Positions 16,489 through 25,365 of a stretch of 64,000 nt of DNA are shown piece by piece. The DNA lies in the IMG/VR virus record IMGVR_UViG_3300015606_001334, positions 256,001 to 320,000 of that record. One strand, written 5' to 3'. Origin of the DNA: a virus. Lineage: Duplodnaviria > Caudoviricetes. Both the position numbers and the translations under genes were made by a program. Numbering within the stretch: position 1 is the first letter of the stretch; the number at the start of each line of letters is the position of its first letter. The notes under the pieces are model-generated. The model saw nothing but the letters and a program-made list of their open reading frames with translations. It ran no database searches and had not been told where the DNA came from.

Positions 16489-17589
16489 TCACATTGTAAT
16501 TAGTCTGTCAACTACTGAGCTTTCATCCCACACGCTGCGAGATTCGCTCATCTTTATCTCATTCGAGAATTCTGGAGGAATGATTGTACTCAATGAACAT
16601 CCATCGATACCATCATGCATAATCAGTCCGGTCCCGTTAAAGAATGTTCCAGTCTTCTGCTTTTCCCACTCAAAATACTGTCTCATAAATTCTTTATTAT
16701 TCGGCGAAATGATTTTTCGGGTCTTCTTCAATTGATTGACCAGATCAGAAAATAGGGTGACGTACTCTAATGCTTGTGCTTGTGAAACAATGTCAAGCAA
16801 CGCTGATTTGCCGTTAAGAATTGAGCTTTGGGAAATAGAACAACCATTAGTTGTTGCATGAAGAACCTTCTTAGCTTGAACTCCGTCAATCTTGAGTTTG
16901 GCAATTAAGAGGGCTCGAGTTTTCTTTGAATCGTTGAGGTAGTCTTTGGCTACCGGGAATTTGTCGATCTTTTCGCCGACTTTTTCGAGGATAAACTGAC
17001 CGATTGAATTCGTAATATCGAAGTCGACACCTTGTAGGATGATCTTGCGCAAGGCACCGGGCCAATTGGTTAGGCAGAATGGCCAAATTGCGAAGAAACG
17101 GTCTGACTTCTCTTTGTAGTAAACAGTCCAAATCTGTCGACTTAGAAGGATCCGAACCGGCTTGATGAATTGGAATTTCCTGTTGTCAATGCACCATCTT
17201 ACTGCTTCGTCAAGCTTTTCCTTCGCTACGCAGATTACCGATTTCTCATCAAAATTTTCTGGCGGATCCTCGATAACTTCGTTGAGTTCTACCTGAACGT
17301 TCGATTTAACAGCCGTCGTAAGGAGGTAGGTTTGACGGTCTTCCGGGAGGTCGTCAATGTCTCTAGCGCGAAGCTCGGTAAGTTTCTTTGAGACGTTGGA
17401 TCCTCGATGTTCCAACACAAAGTATCGCGCTAAAGCTTGATTTGTTTGGTTTCTACCGAACTTCTTGTTGACGACCGTTTTGTTGACGTAGTTCGCACCA
17501 AGCAACCAAAGCTTGGCAAAATATTCATCAGCTTCACGGAGACGTTCGATAGACTTAGCACGCTTTGGCGGCTTACGGAGATTTAGCAT
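16489..17589 (-). CDS. family-A polymerase palm-like protein (TV-Pol-like)
   Basis: DFDITNS (motif A), AKKVLHATTNG (motif B), IMHDG (motif C); start at 17589 has an AGAGGG SD. Confidence 0.5.
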   Translation of the reverse strand: MLNLRKPPKRAKSIERLREADEYFAKLWLLGANYVNKTVVNKKFGRNQTNQALARYFVLEHRGSNVSKKLTELRARDIDDLPEDRQTYLLTTAVKSNVQVELNEVIEDPPENFDEKSVICVAKEKLDEAVRWCIDNRKFQFIKPVRILLSRQIWTVYYKEKSDRFFAIWPFCLTNWPGALRKIILQGVDFDITNSIGQFILEKVGEKIDKFPVAKDYLNDSKKTRALLIAKLKIDGVQAKKVLHATTNGCSISQSSILNGKSALLDIVSQAQALEYVTLFSDLVNQLKKTRKIISPNNKEFMRQYFEWEKQKTGTFFNGTGLIMHDGIDGCSLSTIIPPEFSNEIKMSESRSVWDESSVVDRLITM

Positions 17590-17640
17590 GATCCCTCTTG
17601 TTGTTTTTATGCTCTTAGCATTATAAACTATCCGAGGGAA

Positions 17641-17669
17641 AAAAGAAACAGGGAGCATTTGCTCCCTGT
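17641..17669 (-). terminator. intrinsic terminator
   Basis: ACAGGGAGCA-AA-TGCTCCCTGT plus T-tract. Confidence 0.75.
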
Positions 17670-17673
17670 GAAT

Positions 17674-18327
17674 TTAAATGATGCCGCAGTAACGAGGATT
17701 TATTTCACTATCGACATGATCTATCAAATACGAGTAAGGTTGCTTGTAGAATAAAGCTTCCCAGTACTTAACGACTGGTACTCCAGTTTTACCCATCTTA
17801 GGTCTTAGGATGATATATTCGTATTTGTCCATCTTCAGATTTTCGAAGTACAAAGGTTTGATTTCGCCATGATCTTCAATGTCCAACCTAACAAGATTCT
17901 TAACGTCGTAGTTGAATTTCTTGTTTAGAACGTTTGCGATGGCTTTCGTATTTTCGACTTCAGTCAACTTAAAGTGCCTACTTTGAAATTGAACAGAATG
18001 ATGTAAAGACGGATGTGGTTCAACTAACTGATTTTTACCCTTGTTCTTTGTGTAGAAGTCGATTGTTGAAGACACCATCTTCGAGAAAATTGAAGATGCT
18101 AAAAGATTGTTTGATACACGAATGTTTTGAGTAAAGAGCTCTCTGGTTGGCGGAATGTAAACACCATTCCCATGCTGTCGACTATTGTATGGTGCGGCAA
18201 CTTGGTGGATTTTCTTATAGAGATCGAACGTTAATACAACCAGTCGTTCTAGATCAGCAAAAGATTCATTCGCAACCCTAAGGGCGTCTTTTCTCGCAGC
18301 ATAAGTTCTGTCTGCGTTACCTGACAT
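17674..18327 (-). CDS. hypothetical protein
   Basis: 217-aa ORF with AAGGA SD. Confidence 0.75.
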   Translation of the reverse strand: MSGNADRTYAARKDALRVANESFADLERLVVLTFDLYKKIHQVAAPYNSRQHGNGVYIPPTRELFTQNIRVSNNLLASSIFSKMVSSTIDFYTKNKGKNQLVEPHPSLHHSVQFQSRHFKLTEVENTKAIANVLNKKFNYDVKNLVRLDIEDHGEIKPLYFENLKMDKYEYIILRPKMGKTGVPVVKYWEALFYKQPYSYLIDHVDSEINPRYCGII

Positions 18328-18357
18328 TTAATTTAATTCCTTGGTTTCTTGGGTTGG

Positions 18358-18897
18358 TTATTTAGCTGTCAACCAGAAGCTCTTATGCTTTAGTAAGTCT
18401 TCAAGATGGGATACTTGAATTCCATTGGTCAACACTATGCGTTTGACATCGTCAGGAAGTTTAATGTCTTTAGTGACGGCAGTATAAATTGGGGTATTGT
18501 TCCATTTGAAAACGACAATACCGTCTTTGTTTACCTTTACGCAGTCCACTAGGACTTCTTCCATCCAGCCATAAATGTTTGAGTTGCCATGTAGAAGATT
18601 TTCAAGTTTATCAGCGTCTTTGTATGCTTTACATTCGACGATGAATCTGAAATTTTCTGGACAGTCTCTTTCATTTACTGGGACAACGTCGCCCACAAAC
18701 AGGTTGAGGGCTTCTTGAGAGAAGAATTGGCCAAATGCTCCAAAGTTTTGGCCACCTACTCTAGCGCCAGATCCTGGGGTTCTGGCAAACTTCATTGGCG
18801 CGAAAGCTTCACTCAGAATTTTCGCAACCTTATTTTCAAAGCCATTTCCTTTACCTTTGGAATTGACTCGTTTCTTTTTTGGTTTTTCTTCGGACAT
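18358..18897 (-). CDS. Holliday junction resolvase-like PD-(D/E)xK nuclease
   Basis: SKGKGNGFENKVAK, SGA, GDV, VECKAY. Confidence 0.75.
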   Translation of the reverse strand: MSEEKPKKKRVNSKGKGNGFENKVAKILSEAFAPMKFARTPGSGARVGGQNFGAFGQFFSQEALNLFVGDVVPVNERDCPENFRFIVECKAYKDADKLENLLHGNSNIYGWMEEVLVDCVKVNKDGIVVFKWNNTPIYTAVTKDIKLPDDVKRIVLTNGIQVSHLEDLLKHKSFWLTAK

Positions 18898-18899
18898 TG

Positions 18900-19406
18900 T
18901 TATTTTATTTCTTCGAAGTGTTTGTCAAAGTCTGCTGCAGGAACCACGAAACCGGAAGAGCGTGCATCATCTGCATCGCGAACCAAATAATCACCAGCCT
19001 TTAGGCGTTGTTTGGTATTCCAATCAGTGTAGATGTAAGTGTCTTCGCCTGAGTATTTGAAAGCTTCGTATTCACCAATCTCGCGATAGGTCAAGAAACC
19101 TTCAGCATCTTCTTTTGCGCCTGGCTGAATTTGCTCGTAAGTGCCTTGAAGGTCTTCACCTTCAATCAAATCGATCTGCTCGATGTCATCATGCAAACGA
19201 ATTACGTAATCGCCTTCTGCAGCGGTTTTAATTGATTGCTTCTGATTCTTCATGGTGACGTGAACTTTTTCACCCTTCTCAGCTTTACGAATATCGTACA
19301 ATTGCTTCTTTGTATAGGAAGCGATTGCGCCTTCGAATTCATCGAAAAGTTTCTTGTTCTTGCCGCCAGAGGTATCTTCAGATAGCTTCAATTCTTGTAG
19401 TTTCAT
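18900..19406 (-). CDS. hypothetical protein with two GDY repeats (PGDYG-like)
   Basis: AEGDYVIR and KAGDYLVR; ATG at 19406 with GGAG SD; late promoter at 19437. Confidence 0.65.
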   Translation of the reverse strand: MKLQELKLSEDTSGGKNKKLFDEFEGAIASYTKKQLYDIRKAEKGEKVHVTMKNQKQSIKTAAEGDYVIRLHDDIEQIDLIEGEDLQGTYEQIQPGAKEDAEGFLTYREIGEYEAFKYSGEDTYIYTDWNTKQRLKAGDYLVRDADDARSSGFVVPAADFDKHFEEIK

Positions 19407-19450
19407 TTTTAACTCCAAATGAATGTTGTGTTAAGCTATTTATGCAAAAG

Positions 19451-19477
19451 AAAAGGGAGCGATTTCGCTCCCTTTTT
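19451..19477 (-). terminator. intrinsic terminator
   Basis: AAAAGGGAGCGA..TCGCTCCCTTTT. Confidence 0.75.
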
Positions 19478-19494
19478 ACGAAGGTTGAAGCTTT

Positions 19495-19962
19495 TTATAG
19501 GCTAGCTTCGATATCGTCGAGTTCTTTTGATAGATCGCTTGCAGACATTGAGCCAATTTTCTTACGAAGCTCTTTGAGGCGGTCTCTTAGCTCTGCTTTG
19601 TTTTCATTACTAGATCTTGCGATCTTGACGTTCAGATCAAGCATTCTTTCGAAATCATCTTTTTCATCTTGAGAAAAAGTGGTTGATCCTGCAGTTGAAA
19701 GAACCTTATTTTCTTCAGATTCTTCTGCACTATCAACCTTAGTTTCTCCCAGCTCTTTCTTCATTGCTTCGATTTCAGCATGAATGGCGTTGAGGTCTGG
19801 AGAACTAGAGTGTAGTTCTTTAAAAAGCTTTTTGATTCTTTCTTTTGCTTCAGGACCAAGATTAGTATTTGCTGCAAGGACGTTGATTTCTAGGAGCTCA
19901 TCGGCCAAAACGTTAAACACTTTTGATTCTTGCAAAAGAGATTTTAGGACTGGAAAGTTCAT
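19495..19962 (-). CDS. hypothetical helical protein (late, possible head protein)
   Basis: AAGGAG SD; late promoter at 19985; two similar helical halves. Confidence 0.7.
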   Translation of the reverse strand: MNFPVLKSLLQESKVFNVLADELLEINVLAANTNLGPEAKERIKKLFKELHSSSPDLNAIHAEIEAMKKELGETKVDSAEESEENKVLSTAGSTTFSQDEKDDFERMLDLNVKIARSSNENKAELRDRLKELRKKIGSMSASDLSKELDDIEASL

Positions 19963-20067
19963 GGATGTCTCCTTACAAAGAAAATATTTATCATTTTCGC
20001 GTTTGGTAAAGACTAAAATGTATCTTATAATGTACGTTAAGTGACTTAATGTTCACTATAAGAAACA

Positions 20068-21816
20068 TTAAAGATTCTCGTTGATGTGAATACTTGAGAA
20101 TCCATTTTCCTTTTGGATCGTGATTTCGTGCTCGAATCGACCAACCATTTCAGGTCTATGTGAAATAATCCAGATTGCGATGTCATCGTCACGTGATTTC
20201 TTCTTAATCATCTTGGTGATAGCGTCAATGCCGAGGTCATCCAGCGATCCGCCGTCGATTTCGTCGATGAACATCAAATTAACCTTACCATGTAGATGGT
20301 GGAGAACATCTCGGAATGACAGGGATAGCGCCATGTTTACCCGCTTCTTTTCACCGTTTGATAGGTTACCGAAGTCAAGGTCACGGCCATATTCAGAAAC
20401 CGTACAGCTCATATCATCGTCAAAGTTTACGACGTGCGGTAGTCCCAGTTCTGAAGTGTAGTAGTTCAGTCGAGCATTCAAGAATGGAATTGTCTTGTTG
20501 ATGATCTTGCGACGGATGAACGAGTTCTTGTCAGTAAGAAGCTTCAGCAAGAACTGTTGATGCTCAAGCTTCGACTTTAGATCATCGAGCTTCTTGGTGC
20601 TGACTTCCTTAATTGACTCACCAAGTAGAGCTTCAAAGGCTTCAAGGTGTGGGTTCTCAGACTTTTCAGTTTCTTCGAGCTTCTGCTTCAATACTTCAGA
20701 ATCTGTCTTGATCTTTAGGAGCGCGTCAATATTTGGATGCTTGATTTCTGCCTTGATTCGGGCTTCTTCTTCGCCAAAGCTGGTCAATGCTTCTTGGTTA
20801 GATTCTGCGGTGCCAAGCCATTCTTTACGAGCATCTTCGAGAGTATTTTGGTAGGCTTCAAGCTCGCTAATTTTGGTATTTGCATCAGCATATTGCTGCA
20901 AACAATATGGACATTTCGAATCGCGAAGGTGCTCAAGCTCTTTTTGATTCTTCTCCAACTTTGTAGCCAGAGAATTTCCTTCCTTGGTCAGTTCCTTTTC
21001 TTCTTGACGAAGCTTTGTCAGACGATCTTGAACTTGCTTTAGGAGTTTATGGTTTTCCTTTTCAGCCTCAAAATCGATACCCTCAATTGAAGCCAATTGA
21101 GTCTTGATCTTAGCGATTGAAGCTTCCTTGTCCTCTTCCCATTTCAGAATTCGGGCTTCAGCGTCAGCAACTTGCTTGTTGTAGCGAGTAATCGCGTTTT
21201 GCTGCTCTCGAATGATCGCTTCCTGAATGTTGATGTCACCTTCAGTAATCTTGATCTTCTCTTTGAGCTTCTTCGCCTTCTCACTAAGAATCGTGATGTT
21301 GAAGAGTTCTTCGATTAGCTTACGCTGATCACCAACAGACTTCTGTAGGAACGGCTCAGAACCGCCTGCAAATACAACAATGTTGGTAAACAGCTCATAG
21401 CTAATACCGACGATTTCAACAACCATCTTGTCATTTTCGCTGACAGAGTCAAGAGTGATGTCGACTCCGTCGCATGAGATTTCGATGTTAGTCGATGTTC
21501 CACGACAACGATAAATTTCGTAACGCTTGTCACCCTTAGAGAAGGTCAAGCGAACTTCCATCAAGGTATCTTTTTCAGCATTCGTATTGTTAATCAATCG
21601 CTTAAGACTTATCTTATCGAATGGATTGTTGTACAAGGCGAAACAGATCGCGTTAATGATCGTGGTTTTGCCTACACCGTTCGCACCACCAATGTCAATG
21701 TTCTTACCGTTGATGAGGATCGTTCCTTCCATCGTAAGGTCAATATCAGTAAAACAATTTCCGAAACTCATGAAGTTTCTCAAACTTAAGCTTTCAAATG
21801 AGACATAATCGCTCAT
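20068..21816 (-). CDS. gp46: recombination endonuclease ATPase subunit (gp46/SbcC/Rad50-like)
   Basis: NFMSFG, Walker A NGVGKTT, CPYC hook, LSNGEK signature, FIDE, ISH. Confidence 0.95.
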   Translation of the reverse strand: MSDYVSFESLSLRNFMSFGNCFTDIDLTMEGTILINGKNIDIGGANGVGKTTIINAICFALYNNPFDKISLKRLINNTNAEKDTLMEVRLTFSKGDKRYEIYRCRGTSTNIEISCDGVDITLDSVSENDKMVVEIVGISYELFTNIVVFAGGSEPFLQKSVGDQRKLIEELFNITILSEKAKKLKEKIKITEGDINIQEAIIREQQNAITRYNKQVADAEARILKWEEDKEASIAKIKTQLASIEGIDFEAEKENHKLLKQVQDRLTKLRQEEKELTKEGNSLATKLEKNQKELEHLRDSKCPYCLQQYADANTKISELEAYQNTLEDARKEWLGTAESNQEALTSFGEEEARIKAEIKHPNIDALLKIKTDSEVLKQKLEETEKSENPHLEAFEALLGESIKEVSTKKLDDLKSKLEHQQFLLKLLTDKNSFIRRKIINKTIPFLNARLNYYTSELGLPHVVNFDDDMSCTVSEYGRDLDFGNLSNGEKKRVNMALSLSFRDVLHHLHGKVNLMFIDEIDGGSLDDLGIDAITKMIKKKSRDDDIAIWIISHRPEMVGRFEHEITIQKENGFSSIHINENL

Positions 21817-21872
21817 AATTTTGTGTCCTTTAATAAATACATAAAATTTCAGAATTATTTATTGGAGTAAAT

Positions 21873-22613
21873 ATGGCACACTTTGTAGACCTTTCAAAGC
21901 CGTACGTTTATGTATATCTCGATCCAAGAAAACCCGGAACATTCCTTTGTTCATCTGACCCTAAAGATTGGACATTTTGTTTTCAGCCAATTTACGTTGG
22001 TAAAGGAACTGGAGAAAGATATAAAATTTCAACAAAGGTTAATTTACCATCTTACAAATATCGAAATGAAGTTTTAGAAAACAAAATAAATTCAATCATA
22101 AAATCTGGGAATGAACCTTCGGTTGTGTTACTTTCATGTGAAACAGAAACTGAAGCGTTCGAATTAGAAAGAAAACTTACAGATAAATTTGGTATTTACC
22201 CAAATGGATTACTTTGTAATTTAAAACCTGGAGGTGAAGGTGGATTTTCACTAACTAATGAAACTAAAGCCAAACTATCTGAACTTAATTCTGGAGAAAA
22301 CAATCCTAATTACGGTAGAAAGTGGACAGAGTCTCAACGAGAAAAGTGGTTAACGTCATTCAAATCAAAAGACCGATCGCGATCGCCAGAATCAATGAAA
22401 AAGACCTGGGAAGGTAAGAATCGAAAATACTTAATCAAAGATTTAAATGGTAACGAAATTATAGTAGAAGATTTAACAAAATTCTGCCAAGAAAATTCAT
22501 TACCATTATCGGTGCTAAGATTTGCGTTAAGCAATGGAAACGTAGTTAAATCAAAACGAAGAAAGAGCCGAATAGAAGGATACCAAATTTTTTATATTGA
22601 TGGAAAATCATAA
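21873..22613 (+). CDS. GIY-YIG-like homing endonuclease with NUMOD3 motif
   Basis: YVYVYLDPRKPG..IYVGKG..R, AFELE, N..PGGEGG, SGENNPNYG; AT-rich, opposite strand, own ATAAATA at 21833. Confidence 0.8.
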   Translation: MAHFVDLSKPYVYVYLDPRKPGTFLCSSDPKDWTFCFQPIYVGKGTGERYKISTKVNLPSYKYRNEVLENKINSIIKSGNEPSVVLLSCETETEAFELERKLTDKFGIYPNGLLCNLKPGGEGGFSLTNETKAKLSELNSGENNPNYGRKWTESQREKWLTSFKSKDRSRSPESMKKTWEGKNRKYLIKDLNGNEIIVEDLTKFCQENSLPLSVLRFALSNGNVVKSKRRKSRIEGYQIFYIDGKS

Positions 22614-22852
22614 TCTTCTGGTAAAAATGTAATTATAGTTTGACGATTTTTATCATAGGCGACTGTGTAAAATTTATCTTCAAACTTTACACGTTTTATT
22701 GAGACTCTGTTTGATTGGGTCTCTATGTGTTCAGCTTTTCCATTCTGAATTTGCTTCACTAATTCACGTAGGTCATGTCTGTTAAGATCGAGTCCAAATC
22801 GTTCTTTAGCCCGATGTTTAGCATGAATCCGTTCAGACTGGAGCTTATTCAT
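22592..22852 (-). CDS. hypothetical protein (HAxxRxxER motif)
   Basis: 86 aa; ATGA-coupled to gp47. Confidence 0.65.
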   Translation of the reverse strand: MNKLQSERIHAKHRAKERFGLDLNRHDLRELVKQIQNGKAEHIETQSNRVSIKRVKFEDKFYTVAYDKNRQTIITFLPEDYDFPSI

Positions 22853-23940
22853 AGCTCTGCATACTCTTCTGCTAGTTTTAGTGGATCAATTGACGTGGTC
22901 TTTTGAACGCCACTTGCAATCAATTTTTGAATGGTGTCATCTAGACCAGTGGAATCAAGAGCGTCAATGTCAAGGTCTTGACCTTCACCTGCGATGGCGT
23001 CCTTCTTCTCTTGGGTCTTCTCGTCAATTTTGAATTCTCGTAGAGAGAATCCCTTGATGAACTCTTCCTTCAGCGCTTGAACCTCTGTGTAGGAGATTTC
23101 AATGTCCTTGAAGCAAGTAACTCGAGAATTTTCAATTGGAGTCCAATCACCTTCAATTAGGGTAGAAAGATTGACTCTGAAATACATTGGGCATTTTGGC
23201 CAATCGATGAACTTAACATCGTCGTTTCGAGTATCAAGAATGCAGACACCACGTGCTGAATCACCGACATCACCGTAATCCATTGGGAAAGTATTGCCAA
23301 TGTAGATAGTGTTGTCTTTGATCTGACGTTTGTGGTAGTGGCCAGAGAAAATGTAGGTGAAGTCGGCAAACAACGTATGCTCTGGTCCTTTCTCCATGAT
23401 GTTGGAGGTTCCGGTCAGAACGAAGTTCTTGAATTCGAAATGACCAAAAGCATATTTGGTCTTGCCATTAAACTGGACCATTTGAGGATATTCATCATGG
23501 AACAGGAATGGAGTAAAGAGCAAATCATTGTTGACTACAGTGAAGTGATCAACAATGATGAAGTTCTTTTTATCTTTGAATGGCTTAGGAGAGTAAATGA
23601 CTCGGGTATGACGATGGTAAAGATCGTGGTTACCGATGTCAAAGAAGATTGGGATTCCCAATTCATCTAACTTGTCAGCTGCTCGGTCTGCAGCGTCAAG
23701 AGTCATTACATTGATTGCATTTCGGTTTTCGAACCAATCACCAAGGAAGGCGACGGCATCGATTTCAGGATCCTTCTTGACGTTTGCGACGACGAAGTCA
23801 ACAAAGTCTAAACAATCCTGATTGTGAACTATGCTATTGTTCTTCTTACCGAAATGAATGTCGGTAAACATAAGAATTTTTCTTAGAGGTTTACCGAGAT
23901 CAAGTTCAGTAATTTTGATTTTACTGACTTCTTTTTCCAT
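22849..23940 (-). CDS. gp47: recombination endonuclease nuclease subunit (gp47/SbcD/Mre11-like)
   Basis: TDIHFG, LGDWF, GNHD, GHFE, SGHYH. Confidence 0.95.
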   Translation of the reverse strand: MEKEVSKIKITELDLGKPLRKILMFTDIHFGKKNNSIVHNQDCLDFVDFVVANVKKDPEIDAVAFLGDWFENRNAINVMTLDAADRAADKLDELGIPIFFDIGNHDLYHRHTRVIYSPKPFKDKKNFIIVDHFTVVNNDLLFTPFLFHDEYPQMVQFNGKTKYAFGHFEFKNFVLTGTSNIMEKGPEHTLFADFTYIFSGHYHKRQIKDNTIYIGNTFPMDYGDVGDSARGVCILDTRNDDVKFIDWPKCPMYFRVNLSTLIEGDWTPIENSRVTCFKDIEISYTEVQALKEEFIKGFSLREFKIDEKTQEKKDAIAGEGQDLDIDALDSTGLDDTIQKLIASGVQKTTSIDPLKLAEEYAEL

Positions 23941-23945
23941 GTGCT

Positions 23946-24551
23946 TTAGTAGTTGTCGGAGTTTTGATCGGCTTTATCGCCTTCAGAGAAGTTGAAGCTT
24001 GGGTTTAGACCTTCTTCAACGATCAATGAATCACGGATATCGCGATGCTTCTTCTCATCAGCAAGATACTGAAGGAAGCTATTGCGGATTGCGGTAGTGT
24101 AGAACGCGAATGGGTTGTTTGATTTTTCAGGATTGAACTTAAGAGCATTAGCCATCAAGTTGACCATCGCGAAAGAAACCATATCATCGCGGAAGGAATA
24201 GCCGACAAAGTTGGACTTACATGAGAATCGTTCGGCAATCATGAGTAGCATGCGTGCTAACTCATTCGTAATTCGACCAAGTTCTTTGGCACGGATTACT
24301 TCAGGAAGAAGGACTGAATTGGTAATGTAATGGCCTTTAGTCGTTGTAGACTTTGGCTTTCTTGCTGCTGGGGCTTTCTTTGGCTTCTTTTCTTCCTGCT
24401 CATCGTCTAGTTCAGGAGTATCAAATCCGTCTGAATAGAAACTTTCTTCTGTTTCTGCGCCGTCTTCGAAATTTTCTAGATCGACTGATTGACCTTCATC
24501 ATCTCCAAAATCAATGAGGTCATTCGCGGGGGTTTGCTTCTTACGTGCCAA
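23946..24551 (-). CDS. gp55: late-transcription sigma factor (gp55-like)
   Basis: HYITN, NFVGYSFRDDM, FNPEKSNNPFAFYT..IRNSF; TTG start with GGAGA SD. Confidence 0.9.
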   Translation of the reverse strand: MARKKQTPANDLIDFGDDEGQSVDLENFEDGAETEESFYSDGFDTPELDDEQEEKKPKKAPAARKPKSTTTKGHYITNSVLLPEVIRAKELGRITNELARMLLMIAERFSCKSNFVGYSFRDDMVSFAMVNLMANALKFNPEKSNNPFAFYTTAIRNSFLQYLADEKKHRDIRDSLIVEEGLNPSFNFSEGDKADQNSDNY

Positions 24552-24595
24552 GGGTTATCTCCTTTGTTGTTTTTGTAGGTGGGGATATTTGTAGA

Positions 24596-24625
24596 ATTAT
24601 ATCACCTTCTAACAGAAATGTAAAC
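24596..24625 (-). promoter_or_regulatory. sigma70-type early promoter for gp55-gp47-gp46
   Basis: G-TTTACA-17 nt-TATAAT. Confidence 0.8.
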
Positions 24626-24665
24626 TGTTACAACAAAATCACATTTCGTGCAAAAGATCCATGCC

Positions 24666-24673
24666 TATAAATA
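24666..24673 (+). promoter_or_regulatory. T4-type late promoter TATAAATA heading the baseplate operon
   Basis: Exact consensus. Other plus-strand copies: 14839, 21833, 30851, 35111, 42875, 49168, 49833, 52178, 54591, 55770. Confidence 0.8.
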
Positions 24674-24702
24674 TTCAAAGTTCAATTGAAACAGTATTCA
24701 CC

Positions 24703-25365
24703 ATGGAAAATACAATCCTTCTCGAAAGTTTAGCTGATGCTCAGGAAAAGAGAGCTGTCGTCATCGTCGGTCGCTTTCAACCACCTACAATCGGTCATTA
24801 CAAGATCATCAATCTGGCTAAGAAATACATTCGAGAAAATAGCGACCTTAGTTTATTTACAAAACCCGTCGTGGTGATTATCAATGGAAAGAAGACCAGT
24901 CTCGACAAAGAGACTAATCCATTGACTGTGGATGAACGAATATTTTACATGTCGAATTCTGGTAGAGCAAACGGAGTGGTGTTCCTGTCAGCGTCTAATG
25001 CCTTTGAAGCCTTCAATGAAGTGCGAAAAGCTGGTTACGAGCCAATCGTAATCGGTTCTGGATCAGACCGGGCAAAAGGCTACCTATCCATGCTTGACGA
25101 CAAGTTCTTAGACAGGAATGGAAAGAAGCAAAAGCATTACATTCTTCCAGGCCTTGAGACAAGGCATCAGATTTCAGGAACTGAAGAAAACCTCGATAAG
25201 CTTGGAACCCCTGAAATTTCCAAAGTGTCAAGTTCCCTTGCTCGTAGAGCTGTTGAGCTTGATTATTTTGATGAATTCCAAGCTATCACCGGATTAGACA
25301 AAAACCCTGCTGCAGCAAAGAAAATGTTCAAGCAAATTAAACAACGAATTGGAGAAACGGCATGA
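24703..25365 (+). CDS. HIGH-family nucleotidyl/cytidylyltransferase-like protein
   Basis: GRFQPPTIGH, NPL..ER, GSDR, VSSSLAR; start 24703 chosen because the late promoter lies inside the longer ORF. Confidence 0.8.
   Translation: MENTILLESLADAQEKRAVVIVGRFQPPTIGHYKIINLAKKYIRENSDLSLFTKPVVVIINGKKTSLDKETNPLTVDERIFYMSNSGRANGVVFLSASNAFEAFNEVRKAGYEPIVIGSGSDRAKGYLSMLDDKFLDRNGKKQKHYILPGLETRHQISGTEENLDKLGTPEISKVSSSLARRAVELDYFDEFQAITGLDKNPAAAKKMFKQIKQRIGETA

Noticed and set aside
20003-20062. Plus-strand TTGGTA-17-TATAAT antisense promoter into gp46
   Set aside because: Weak -35; the TATAAT is one arm of an imperfect hairpin (20024-20062) better explained as the gp46 3' structure
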